In this document: piece by piece, positions 36,362 to 47,865 of the stretch
Numbering within the stretch: position 1 is the first letter of the stretch
How the letters are laid out: every line of letters begins with the position of its first letter
DNA from: Microbotryum violaceum
Taxonomy: Eukaryota
Direction of reading: 5' to 3'
Length of the DNA stretch: 64,000 nt
NCBI GenBank assembly: GCA_001244265.2
Contig: CDLV01000009.1
Location: forward strand, 682,001-746,000
Notes under the pieces: model-generated
Seen by the model: only the letters and a program-made list of their open reading frames with translations
Told to the model about the DNA's origin: nothing
The model's database searches: none
Program-made: the position numbers and the translations under genes

Positions 36362-39300
36362 CTACTGAATGCGACGACGACGTCTCGGTTGTGGACCGAG
36401 CGCTCGCTGCGGGCCCCTGTGAGCGAAAGGCAAGCAAGCAAGACGGCTAAGCATCGTAGTGATCGAACATCGACTATGGTCGATAACATAACTCACTGCC
36501 ACAGAGCAAAGGTGACGGCCATGGCCAGGAGGGCAAAGAAGCGGAGGTAGGTAACCATTTCGACGAGGTGCTGCATCGCTTTGTCGGTGATGCGCGCGAT
36601 GACAATCTGTAGCAGAGGATGATAAATGTGCATTAGCTTTGAGTCACATGTGATATAGCAAATGAGACCATCCCGATGGACAGACCTTCGGCGCGTAGCG
36701 AGCGCGTAGCGAGACCGGGTAATAATCCCCTTGTCGAGCTCGACGGTCTAGAACCTCATAGTCGGTCATGATGCTTTCGTCGTCGCCCGAGTCGTATTCA
36801 TCACACTGACTCCCTTCATCACTGTACTCGAGATCCTCTTCCATCCCCATTCGCCGCAGAGCGCGCTGGCGTCGGGTCAAACGTTCCTCTTCGTCGGTCT
36901 GTTCCTCCTGGTCAAAGACGTCACGGAACCGAGAGGTGACGACACGGGAGCGTTTGAGCGAACCGGCTCGGGTGCGGTGCCTAGCCGAGCGACGATGACG
37001 ACGCTGCAGTAAAGAAGAGGACAGAGAGTGCAAGCTCTTTGCTTCAACATCTTCACGAATTTCGAGCCTGGCCATCTGCGGATCGATGTCTTCTTCTTCT
37101 TCAGGGTAGCGCGACCAAAGCTTCTCCTCGTGCGCAAATTCGTCGTTGCCACCTTCGACCCACTCCAGCAGTCGCCCTCCTACTCGTCCGAGACCGTGGG
37201 GTGCCGGGGGATCGCGACCATACCCTTCGTCCTCCCACACGGCTGGAAGCTCCGACGCGGCACGGTCGAGGTTGTCATACTCCGCGTTTTCAGGAGGACC
37301 CGAGTAGCGGAGCGAACCTCGAGGCACGAGCGGGCGGGATGTATCCTCGGGAGGAGAATAATACGGATCGCCGAATTGCTCAATCGTTCGATTCGAAGAA
37401 TGCTGAAGAAGACGCTGCGGAGTAGGTCTCGAGGTTTCGTGAGACGAGCCATTCGTGAGTTCCTCCGCGGCATCGTCCCCAACGTCGTCGTCACTATTGT
37501 TTGAGTCGTAGGTAAGATGCCGTTCGAATGGCACAGCTCCCGCATCAATATCGCCAAAGAGGTTCGACGAATGGACCTCACTGGTCGGCTCGACGTTGAA
37601 GGTCGGAAGATCGTCGAGATCGGTGCCGAGTTCGCTGCCGAGTGTGCGATGCACGGGCGTATATTTGCCTTTGCTCTTGCTCGCAGTCGGTGATTGAATA
37701 AAGCTAATAGACGAAGAAACGGAACGACTCGACGCGGACTGACTCATGCCGCTCATCGCACGCCACTGCCCAGCCTCGCGTCGACGCTGCTTCTCGATCA
37801 TGCGACGGTTGCCCTTTAGTCGCTCGGGTGGTACATTGCCCAGCTCCAAAGGGTTCTCGTGCCAGCCGATGCCTCGACGCTCTTCTGATGCAGTCAAACA
37901 GTGCGTGCGGTCAGTATCTTTTATAGTAGCATCGGATGATGTCAATTTGGACTCACTCCAATCTATCCCTTCCATCAGGGCCATCTCCTCCAGTTCCTCG
38001 CATCGGCGCTTGAAATCGTCGACCTCGACGGTGGCCTCGCGTAGACGCTGCTCCATCTCGACTCGCTCGTTCGTAATGATGTCGTTCGTCTCTTGTAGCT
38101 CCCCGATCTTGTCCATCAACTTTTGCACGACAAAGTCCTGTGCCTTCTGCGCTTCTTCCGCCTCTTGGGCCTGAGCTTGAGCTCTTGCAAGCGATTCACG
38201 CTCAGCGGGGCTGAGCTTCAATGATGCATCTTGCTCGGGGGACGAAGACGAGGGGCGCAGTGCTCGTCTACTTGTCTGATTATTGCTGCTACATAGAAGC
38301 AGCGAGGACGATTTCAAGTCGCGGTGCTTCTTGTGTTCGTCATCACTTGCCGAGGAGTTCCGGCGCCTAGCCGCGGATTGCCTTCGTTCGTGGCCCAAGT
38401 CGGCTCTTCGCGCGTCGTCGCGTTCCTTGTGTTCTCGCACACTTTGTTTCAGAGCATGAGCACCCGCTGCTTCGATTTCGGCTTGCGTCTTGAGCGATTC
38501 GTTAACGGATTCGACGCGATCGAGCTCCTGGCGCAATTCGCTCAGCTCCTTTTCGAGTTTGCGCAGCCGCTTACGCCCTTCCCGATCGGCCTTTTCCGAG
38601 TCGACCTCGAGCTCGTTCAACTGCAGCGTGAGCGCTTCGTTCCTTTGACTCAAGGCCTCCTCGTCCCGTGCATGCATCGGGGACGTCATGTTTGACCGAT
38701 TCGTTCCGCGGTAGGAGCTTCTCGGCGGCGAACAGAGTGAGGACGAGTCGGACTCGGCACGTTTTGTTGGTCGGCTGGGGTCGATGTCGGGTTCGCCGGC
38801 CGACCATGGCGGTGGAGGCGATAGAGGGTAGTGGTGTGGTGTATCTGAGGTCTCGAATGATGGACGAACCGCCGACGACGGTGGGACCCCGAAGCCTAGC
38901 GCGAGTTGACGCGGACTCCATCCGAACGGTGTGCCGGAGGACGTGCCGGAGCTAGTGCGAGAGGCCGTAGGTCGTGATGTCGACGCCTTCGAAGGCGAAG
39001 CCGACTCTGATGCCGAGGCCACCGACGATCCCGAGATGAGTGCATCGTGTCGTGATCGCAGGGACTGGTACTCTTGCAGTAAGCCTTCGCCCGCGGCGTG
39101 GAACACCGTCAGCTCTTGGAACAGGGGCGTCGAGGCGAATATAGCCAGCGCATGCGTTAGCTCTTAATACGAAGTACAACAGTACCATATCTAGTCTCGC
39201 GTATAGCTCCGGATTCATACTTCACTCACCTTGTTCTTTGGCTCGAATGAGCTGATCCGCCCCTTGCAGCATCATCTCCAGCTCGGCTCGAGTCCTCGTT

Positions 39301-40043
39301 CCGAGGTTGCTGACCGAAGCGCCTTTGCGTAGATTTGAGGTGATGGCATCGGGGTCGTTCAGTGTCTTGGATGTTGAATCCGCGAAAGTGAACGAGGTCA
39401 TTGGCGATGAATGACCTGCGGCGAGGGACGAGAGTGCCGAGGTGGAGGACCAGGGGTGCAGGCCGTCTTCGGGGGCCACGGCTCCCGGCGCCGAGCGACC
39501 GATCGCACGTGAATCCAAGGCCGTCCACGAGGCCTGCGAGCTGCTACTCGGCGCGCCGGGAGTGGGTGATCGGGGTGGTTGCTGGTCGTGCTGGTGCACG
39601 AGTCCATTACCTCTGGCTCGACGAGTTGGGGGTGGTGCGTGTTTACCCTTCTCGGGTCTAGCTTGGTTCTTCATGGCATCGACCGACGGCTTGTTCGCGT
39701 GACCGCCTTCGCTGTTGCTGGGCGCGGGCGCCCCCACAGAGGAGCCGCCGACGGACATGCGCGAGATGTGGTGGTGCTCGTGGTTCGGAGCGGCGTTGCT
39801 CATCGACGATGACAGCGACTCGGGGGGTGTAGATGAGTGGTGATCAATCCAAGAGGATAATGAATGATTCAGCGGTACGTGGTTCGAAAGTGGGGGCATG
39901 TCTAAGCCTACGACGTTCGGTGGTGCGACCGACGACGGCAGCGATGAGCTGGACGTTGTGGCCGATAACTTGCTCGTGATTGTACGCGACGACGAGTTGC
40001 GTTTCGCAGGTGGCGCCGGCCGTGGCATGGTCGCAGGGATCAT
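36362..40043 (-). CDS. Large coiled-coil protein with C-terminal transmembrane tail
   Basis: Heptad-rich segments (LTLQLNELE...LRKLEKELSELRQEL; KLMDKIGELQE) and last exons YLRFFALLAMAVTFALWQGPQRALGPQPRRRRRIQ*. Start ATG uncertain. Confidence 0.8.
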
Positions 40044-41834
40044 CGCTGTCGCAGGGTCAGGACGATGGTCGACCTCGACAGTCAAGGTCGACACTGCCTC
40101 GTGAACCTAGTCGCAGCGAGACGCGCTGAGCGCAAACCCTCTCCAAACAAGGCGTCGGCGAGCAAGTTGGGGACCCCGGCCCCAGCGCGATGGGTCTGGC
40201 CTGCTCCTGGTCTGGCGGCTCCTGCACAAAAGCGCGCTCCGATTTGGTGCTTCGGACGAGCCTAGCCTACCTATTGTGCTCTCGAAGCTTCTCTTTGAGC
40301 TTCATGAGTGCTCGACTGGTGAAGCTCAATCGGAGTTTATTTTCTAGACCTAATTTTACAGGTGTGTACGGTGATTACATGTGTATTTTATGCGAGGCTG
40401 CCTCCCGATCACTGCAGACCTCCGATTGCCGACGATTCAGATCGCAATTTCGGAAAACACATCGCGATGGTAGACGATTGTTTGTTGGTTCAAGCGGGTT
40501 GGACTGAACATCTCCTTTAGGCTCTGAGTATGAGTGTCTACACCGCTGTGGAACCTTTGACCTGGCTATCAGCTTTTCAACCGTTATTCTCGGTGCTCCT
40601 GGAGCCACGAAGATTGAACTCGAGCTCTGATCGATCTGATCCAAGGCGCGCGCATCTGTCCGAACTCTGAGTTTCTGGTTCATTCCGATGCTAAAAGCTT
40701 TCATTCGATTGAGCTTCTTGCCACACCAAACAACAGAAAACTCACCGGTCCTCTCACCGAGCCCCCCCCCCCCCCCGAATACGACAAAAGGGGGTTGCCA
40801 AAATTGTGGTCCCAAGAACTGATCACGGGCTCCGCCGGCGCCAGGGCGATGAGGTCGCTTTTACCCCACATTCCCTGCGGCGGGTCGGGCCAAAGGCTGT
40901 GCGTGTGCCTGTGCGTGCAATTTTCACGCTCATCGTAGATTGCAACATCCGACGGCGCACCGAGTGTGCAGCCCGGGGAAGCTTCTTGAATGCCATCCGC
41001 ACTGGTGTGTGCGATGTAATCTACCTAGACCAAACAAACCGCTCATCTAAGGATGGTAAAGCGCGACGCCAACGACCCTGTTTCAGTTTCAGGGTACAGA
41101 CGGCTCTGCCGGAATTCGAGGTGTTTTGACAGCGGTTGCCGTACAAGTGAGTTTTCGAAGAGGGTCGGGGAGCAATGGGCGCTGAGAGCCGTGGGCTCAA
41201 AGTGAAAATGTTGTCTGATCAACACCCGACAAGACAAAATCACGGAAGGAGTTAGATTTTCTGGTGGCTTCTGAAGCTTTTCGAGCCCAAGGATCAAGAT
41301 GGTCTAACCGTATTGTGGTATGAAGATCAAACCATGGTGCAATGACAAATGCTCGTTCGCAGGACGCCTCACTTGCACCTCCTGTTTCGGCGGCGCATTT
41401 CGTCTTCCTGGTGACCCCGGGAAGCACTCTCATGACCCTCGACGCCTGATCGCGGACAACTGCCTGATAAGCTCTTTTCGGTAAGTAAACATCGTGTAAA
41501 TACAAAAGTGGGTAACAGCAAGTCTGGAATTATGTTCTGAGCTCCTGGCAGCAGAGGACGCGACGCGTCGAGGGAGCCGCGAGGAGCATGGGGCGATTAA
41601 ATAAGATTCCGATGATGTCTGACGATGTGGGGTAGCGCTTGGCGGGGATCTCAAAAATTTCGAGTGATTAGTGATTGCGTTCTGACGACTTGGGCTTGCT
41701 TTCGCATTGTACCAACACTCTAATCAAGGCGCCTCAGCTCCCCTGTCATTTAAGGGCACGCGCGCCTTCCATACCATTATTACAACTTCAGTCCCGCAGC
41801 GTCTCCCAACCTCCTATTCCAGGCGTCCTGTCCT

Positions 41835-43618
41835 CTACACCTCTTCCGAATCATAAGCCTTCCTCACCGCGATCCCCTCCTCCCTCCTCCTCTGCGCATC
41901 CAACCAAGAAATCGCGTCCAAATACGTCTTGGGCAACACGTGACGCGCCAATGGGCGATCGCTCGCGAACGTGAAATGGAACGTGTTCGTCACGCGTCGT
42001 TCACCTGTGAAGAGATCGGTCGTCGCGGCTTCGACGGATACGTGGAAGGATTTGTGTGTGCCTCGAATGGGGGAGTAGGTGACTTTGGAGTCGAGGAGGA
42101 GGAGGGAACCGATTTCGACCGGGAGCGCGAAGCGGATTTCACTGGGGGACGTAGCGGAAGATCATTCAGTTCTTCGGTGCTGGAAAGAGTGAAAGAAAGA
42201 GCACATATAGAGACTAACTCGAGAGCAATAAAGTGCACCGTCGAACGGGAGAACAAGCACGCCGTCGCGAATGCAGTCTCGTATGCCTGTAGGAGCGAAC
42301 TTTATCAGGGGCTCGTCATCCCGAAAGGGCGCGAAGAGAGCCCGGCAAAGAACTGACCAGTCGCATCAGGTAACCACCAAAGATCTTGTTGTGAACATTC
42401 GCTTCGGTAGGATGGTTGAGTGTGGCCGACTTGAGTGCCGTGTCGGCCATGAACACGACATCGTCTGGGCAAGAGGCGTTTCGAGCTACAGGTGAACCCG
42501 TCAGGCAACAGCAAGCGGTCAGAACTGCATAGAAACCATTGTCAACTGTGATTTATCTCACCAAAGATCTCTTGTTTACCCACAAACAAGTCATGCAACA
42601 TCTTGGCCTCGGCCGCACTTGGCGGTGTCGTCTCTAAGCTCATCGCCTTCCTCCTCTTCTTGTTCTCCCTCATGACCTTTCCCATCTTGACCAGTTCTTC
42701 CTCCTGCTCTCCAACGACAACGAGTTGCGCGATCGGTTGTTTCCCTCCACTGTATTTGCGACATGCCATTGCGAAACGGCCGATTAGGATAGTTGCTGAT
42801 TCTTCTTCAGGCTTTTGGGGGATCGTCGAGAGCCGAACGAAGACTTCTAGAGACGATTCGGAAGCGTACGAAACGTGACCGGACAGACGAAGGTCAGGTA
42901 CACTCCCATCGTGGAGCTGCGTCAGTGGTTTCAAGACGTCCATTCGATCGACGGCGGCGGTGACGAGATAAAGACCGTACGACTCGGCTTCCGAAACGGT
43001 GACTCCATCAGGAAGGACGTAACGATACGCCGCTGCACCGGCGACGGAGTCGAAATCTTCCATCAAGCGACCCATACGGGTTTGTTTCGATAGACCACCG
43101 AGGTAGGATTCGCGAAGGACGGGGTCCTCGCTGAATTTGAGGTCGAGCTGGACGTAGGAGTCTTGGACTCGTCGAGTTGTGGGAAGAGGCTTGAGCTGGT
43201 CGGGTGGGATGCGTTTCAGCTGCAGCATTGCAGGGTACTTAGATAAGGTCAACCGCACGAAGGGAGCTACTCGGGGCCGAGGACTTCAACCCACCTTGTC
43301 ATCCGGTCCACGATTCCGACTTGATGAAGCCCCTCTCAAGCGATGGGGAACCGAGGCGTTGCCTTGACTTTTGTTGGTACGAGCGAGGTGATCACTCCAT
43401 TCGAGTAGCCTTGCTATCCTCGAGACTGAACCACCTTCTTGTTTGGGATTGAATGAGTTGACCTCGGAGGAGAGCGGAGAGGGGCTGATGGATGATGACC
43501 ACGATGACGTTGAGGAGGCTCGCGAGAGGAGAGTCAAGGCACGATGAAGGGAACTAACGGTTGTGGCTTTGGAGGCGGATGTTCTGGCGAAATGGGCTAT
43601 TTGACGACGTCCAAGCAT
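41835..43618 (-). CDS. Mitochondrial double-hotdog acyl-CoA thioesterase (ACOT9-like)
   Basis: Presequence MLGRRQIAHFAR; RMGRLMEDFDSVAG, LVTAAVDRMD, LSGHVSYASESSLEV; second hotdog with ERNVHNKIFGGYLMRLAYE. Confidence 0.9.
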
Positions 43619-43848
43619 CGTCGTTTCGCCGAAGTGAGGAGAGACTAGATTGGGGGAAAGAGGAGAAGAAGAGCAGAGAGGCAACTGAGTCGAACCGTCG
43701 GAGTCGGACGGACTCGTGGAAGTAATAGCGTCACGTGATCCGGGACTGTACTTCCCGGCAAGTCTCGGAGTCTCGGAGTGAGAGTTCCCAATCCCGAGGT
43801 AATACCGTTTTGTCGCCCATGAAGTACTTCCTGCATCATTGCATCTCC

Positions 43849-45235
43849 TCACTTCTGATTAATATGCTTAATCAAGAACGGCACGACCTTCTTCAACTCG
43901 ACATACTCGTCCTCGACATCGAACATATGGTTTTTGGCTTCAAACTCCAACAGCTCAACTTCGACTGTCCCTTTCTTCCTCAACGTCTGGGCTAGATTCC
44001 TCGATTCTTCAATCAAGACAGCTTCATCCGTAGTTCCATGTACGAAAATTGTCGGAGGGAACGTCTCGGCTTGTTCGATCCCGAACTGAGGGAACGTAAT
44101 CCTCGCCTGTTCGGGAACGGCTTTTGCCCTCTCGACATACTTCAACCCACGCAATCGTTCTCCGAGCCCTTTCTCCCCTGAGACCATATCGAGGTAATGA
44201 CCTTTTTGCATCAACCAAAAAGCGTACTCGTTGCGAAGGTCCGTCTTCTCCGTCCCTGTTGTCGCAGCTTTCGTTTTCGAAGTTTCATGAATGGCCTGGA
44301 AGCGCGGATCGTCCAGTGCGAGAAGGGGTCGGTTCTTGTACCAAGGTTCGGTCTTGGGTTTGCACCAATGATCGAGTAGGAAATCTCCTCCCGCGCCGTA
44401 GATCGAACAAAGTGCTTTTGGGGTGGGTTGGGCGTGGAGACAGGCCTGGTAAGCGACGTAACCGCCGGCCGAAGAACCCGAAACGGCGACGCGGTCAACG
44501 TCCGCGAGTTGCGACGAGATGTTGGAGAGGTGCACGTTGAGTTGGGTGTGCACCCAGTTGATGAGATCCTTTGCGTCTTCGATGACGATGTGGGCCGACG
44601 AGGGTGTGAGGAGCCGATAATCGGCGGATACCTGTTTCGCGCAGATACCACGATAAGTGGAGCTCAGCGAAGCCTACGAGACAGACTAGGACCTACAATG
44701 ATAAAGCCAGCATCGAGTGCATCATCTGTTGGAAAGGATCAATTTACGTCAGATTTTCTTGCACGGCCTTTGAATCTATTCGTTAGGCGTACTGAACAGC
44801 CAGTGAGGGGTCCACTCCCGTCGATTGCCCGCCGTGAGTCCACCACCATGCCAGTAGATCAACACGGGCAACTTGTGATCATCTACAACCGAGTGCTTGC
44901 CACCTGCTGAAGCCAAGATTTGACGCGTCAACGCAGCGACGACGCCGAATTTGGTTTCGCTGCGGGTTCAAGGCAGGAAAGTGGGGCGCCAGTTGCGGAG
45001 GAGTTTGAACGAGGGGAAGCAGGGAAGGACGGAGTTAATGTCAATAGTGAACGCATTGAGCTGAAGAGAGTTGATACTAATGCTGTTCTAGCTCTGAAGG
45101 GATGAACCTCGGTATCTGGGCATGTCATCTAGGTGTTGGTGACCAGCTGAAAAGATCGTCACCCCTTCGAGCGAGTTCGCAGCTTCTCCTGCTAGCCGAT
45201 TGGGAGGTTTTGGACTCACTCGGGTAGACAGACAT
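43849..45235 (-). CDS. Alpha/beta hydrolase, hormone-sensitive-lipase-like esterase
   Basis: PVLIYWHGGGL, ADYRL, GSSAGG nucleophile elbow, VHGTTD, HMFD. 5' exons and start are uncertain. Confidence 0.88.
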
Positions 45236-45605
45236 CGCAAAGAATGTTGACTGGTTCAGTGTTGTACGTAAACGTGTGTCGGGTTGAGTGCTTTGACATC
45301 TTGGCTTGCGATCTTGGTTGAAACGTGGCAAGAAAAAGGAAAAGCTCGGCGGCGGCAAGCGGGCCGCTTGGGAAGATCGCCCAAAGCTGTAGAACACGGA
45401 AATTACATGCCGACCAAATACTACAAAATTCTGATCCGGCAGGAGACTACATAGGGACTAAGCAGGTCGAGACGGTGTCAAGTTTACACCTGCTACAATT
45501 CAGAAAAAAAAAACGTTGTGGGAGGCGATGTACATGTGCTAACCGCACCACAAGCGAGCGAATTCTTCATTTTTCTCAGCTCGCCGAGACCCCTCTTTCT
45601 GCGTT

Positions 45606-46298
45606 CTAGCCATCCCTCAGTCTCTCGACCCTACGTTCAATCACCTCCCTGAAGCGCATTACATTCGGATCTTTCTCCTTGCACAAGTCCACTCCCGCAT
45701 GCTCACTCTGATCAGGCGGCAAGACCCCGGGTAAGAGGTGAAGTTCGGCGATTTCGATCGGCGCTGAGTCGAGGCTGGTGGAGCTTTGGGTTTTCGTTGA
45801 GGATGGAGGTGGTTTGGAGAGGGGTAGGTATCCTTTGCTTTGTGTCGTGTAGGGGAACGCGTCGAGGGCGTGGTAGAAGGAGATGACTGCACTGATAATC
45901 ATTGGCCCAGGAGGTGGGTCAACCAGGGAATGCATACACCCAGCGCTCGGAAGAGGGGCAATGTGGGGAGATGTGCTGTACCCAACGACCCGATCTTGGG
46001 AGAGCTACGTCCCCCTCGCTCACCCAGAATACAACGAGCTCTTGACTTGATCCACTACACTAGCCTCAACATCGCTCAAGATGTTGATCACGAGCGATGC
46101 CGCCTGGATGGCATGCTCTTGCTCTTGAATAGCTCGCCGTCGCACGACTTGACCTTGCAACGTCGGATGGATGCCAGCGTCCGAGATGGAAAGCAGGATC
46201 AATTCATGGGGGTACAAGGTGACGAGTTCGGTAATGATGGATGCTTCTGGGATGCGGAGTCTACCTGGGTAGTAGAACAGGCCTTGCGATGGGCTCAT
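45606..46298 (-). CDS. Hypothetical protein
   Basis: ORFs 46020-46298 and 45606-45935 join in phase through a GT-AG intron at ~45895-46023. Confidence 0.45.
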
Positions 46299-46683
46299 CG
46301 TTGGCCTCGGGATTCAGAGTGGTGGGGGTTGGAGCGAGTGGCAGAGGAGCGGTGGAGCCGAGCCGACAGTCGTCGTTGCACTGTGGCCTTAAGCCCCATT
46401 CTCGTTTCAGTTCGAAAGACCTCCTACTGTAAACCCTGAGTTTTCCACAATTTTTTGGGCGTTCGGTGAGTGGAAAACTCATCAAAGCACCGGTTCGCAG
46501 CTGAACGACACCTCGGCGAGTCGATCCAAAACGGCATATTATCCGTTCCTGAGCAGATCTGAGATAGGAAATACTCATTACAACATTGTATATGTGCGGA
46601 GATGCTTGCGAGATGGGTTTGCAGAGTGAGTTGCTGTTCGACCGCGAACGAATGAGGCACTCTCTCGAAACAAGCCGAGGACC

Positions 46684-47496
46684 TCAGCTGACTACGGACT
46701 CTGGAGGAACTGGGATTGCCCTCGTTTCGAGAGCTGCTTTGAGTGAGGCTTGGATCTGGGCGTGGAGCGTCTCTGTAGCAGGCCAAGGATAGCCACGCCG
46801 TCAGTGCTCGACTCGGGAACAGGTTCTTCACTTGGCTCGGGTTTGGCGGACGTCTTACCTGCCAACTGCAACGCCTCTAGGTACTCCTTGTTGCTCTGTT
46901 GAATTTCCTTCTCCAGTTGCTCGAATTCCGGATCGAATTGGGCATTCGTGCCCGATGGATCGGAGAGGTCCGATAAAGTAGTGGTGGAGGGGAGTACGGC
47001 GATGAGGTATTCGAGTTGCTTGGCTTTGCGTATGAAATCGGCTACAAGTTCGTTGGTGTTTTCTGACGGACAAGAATGATCGTAGTGTCAGGAATGGAAT
47101 GATGATATGTGCGCAGATGAAAGCAGGTCAAGGCTGACCTTGAAAGACGTGAGGTGGGTCCAAGTCCGGTATGGTCTGGGTGACGGGGAACTTGGGGTCG
47201 AGGGGCTTGAAGTTGGCCTTGCGGGTGAGGTAGGATAAGGTCGAGTACATGATCTTGATGAGCTGATGTGGTGGAGAGAGGAGGCGAGGGGTCGGGGATG
47301 AAGGTCAGATTCGACGCTCGTGTGGGGGGAAAAGAGGGAGCACGTCTGCGGGGGTCTTACATCATCGACTGAATTGGCTGCTTGTGTAAGACGGTCCACT
47401 GTAGAGGACCGAGCCGGGTCAGACTATGATAGAATGATCTATGCTGCAGAGCGCACACTGACTGTGGCTCGATTCGTCGTATGGCAAGTTCTGCAT
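46684..47496 (-). CDS. MED21: Mediator subunit 21 (Srb7), 5 exons; mostly missed by the ORF track
   Basis: Spliced: ...MDRLTQAANSVDDLIKIMYSTLSYL...ELVADFIRKAKQLEYLIAVLP...FEQLEKEIQQSNKEYLEAL. Confidence 0.88.
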
Positions 47497-47865
47497 CCGT
47501 GTTGAAGCGCTGCAGGACGTGGTGGCGATCGACCCCCCTCCCACGAAGAGGTGGTGGTGTGTGAGAAATACTAGGGTGTCGTATGCGGATGCTCTGTTCG
47601 CTGCCGGTGCGCCGTGAAGCAGAGTGAAGCCAGATCAAGGGCCAAATGTAGTCCAAACGCCAAGTAGTGTCAAGCTCGTTAATAAGCCACGTCAAGCCAG
47701 GCGATCGACTGGGCGCTGCTCACCGCGCTCGGCCTTGTTCGACTCTGGCCCAAACACAGGCAGCCGCTCGCGCGCCGACCCGTCACGTCCTACCACGCCC
47801 ACCACTCCAACGCGCCCCACCACCGTATGGTCACCACCCCCTCATCCTGAAGCGATCCTCCCACC

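Noticed and set aside
41337-41488. U1 snRNA on the minus strand (TACTTACC ... CATTGCAC)
   Set aside because: Spacing is far longer than in U1, I found no convincing Sm site or stems, and TACTTACC is simply the complement of a GGTAAGTA donor-like site.
45606-46298. TEN1 (CST complex) identity for the small hypothetical gene
   Set aside because: Only size and a vague C-terminal resemblance; no reliable motif.
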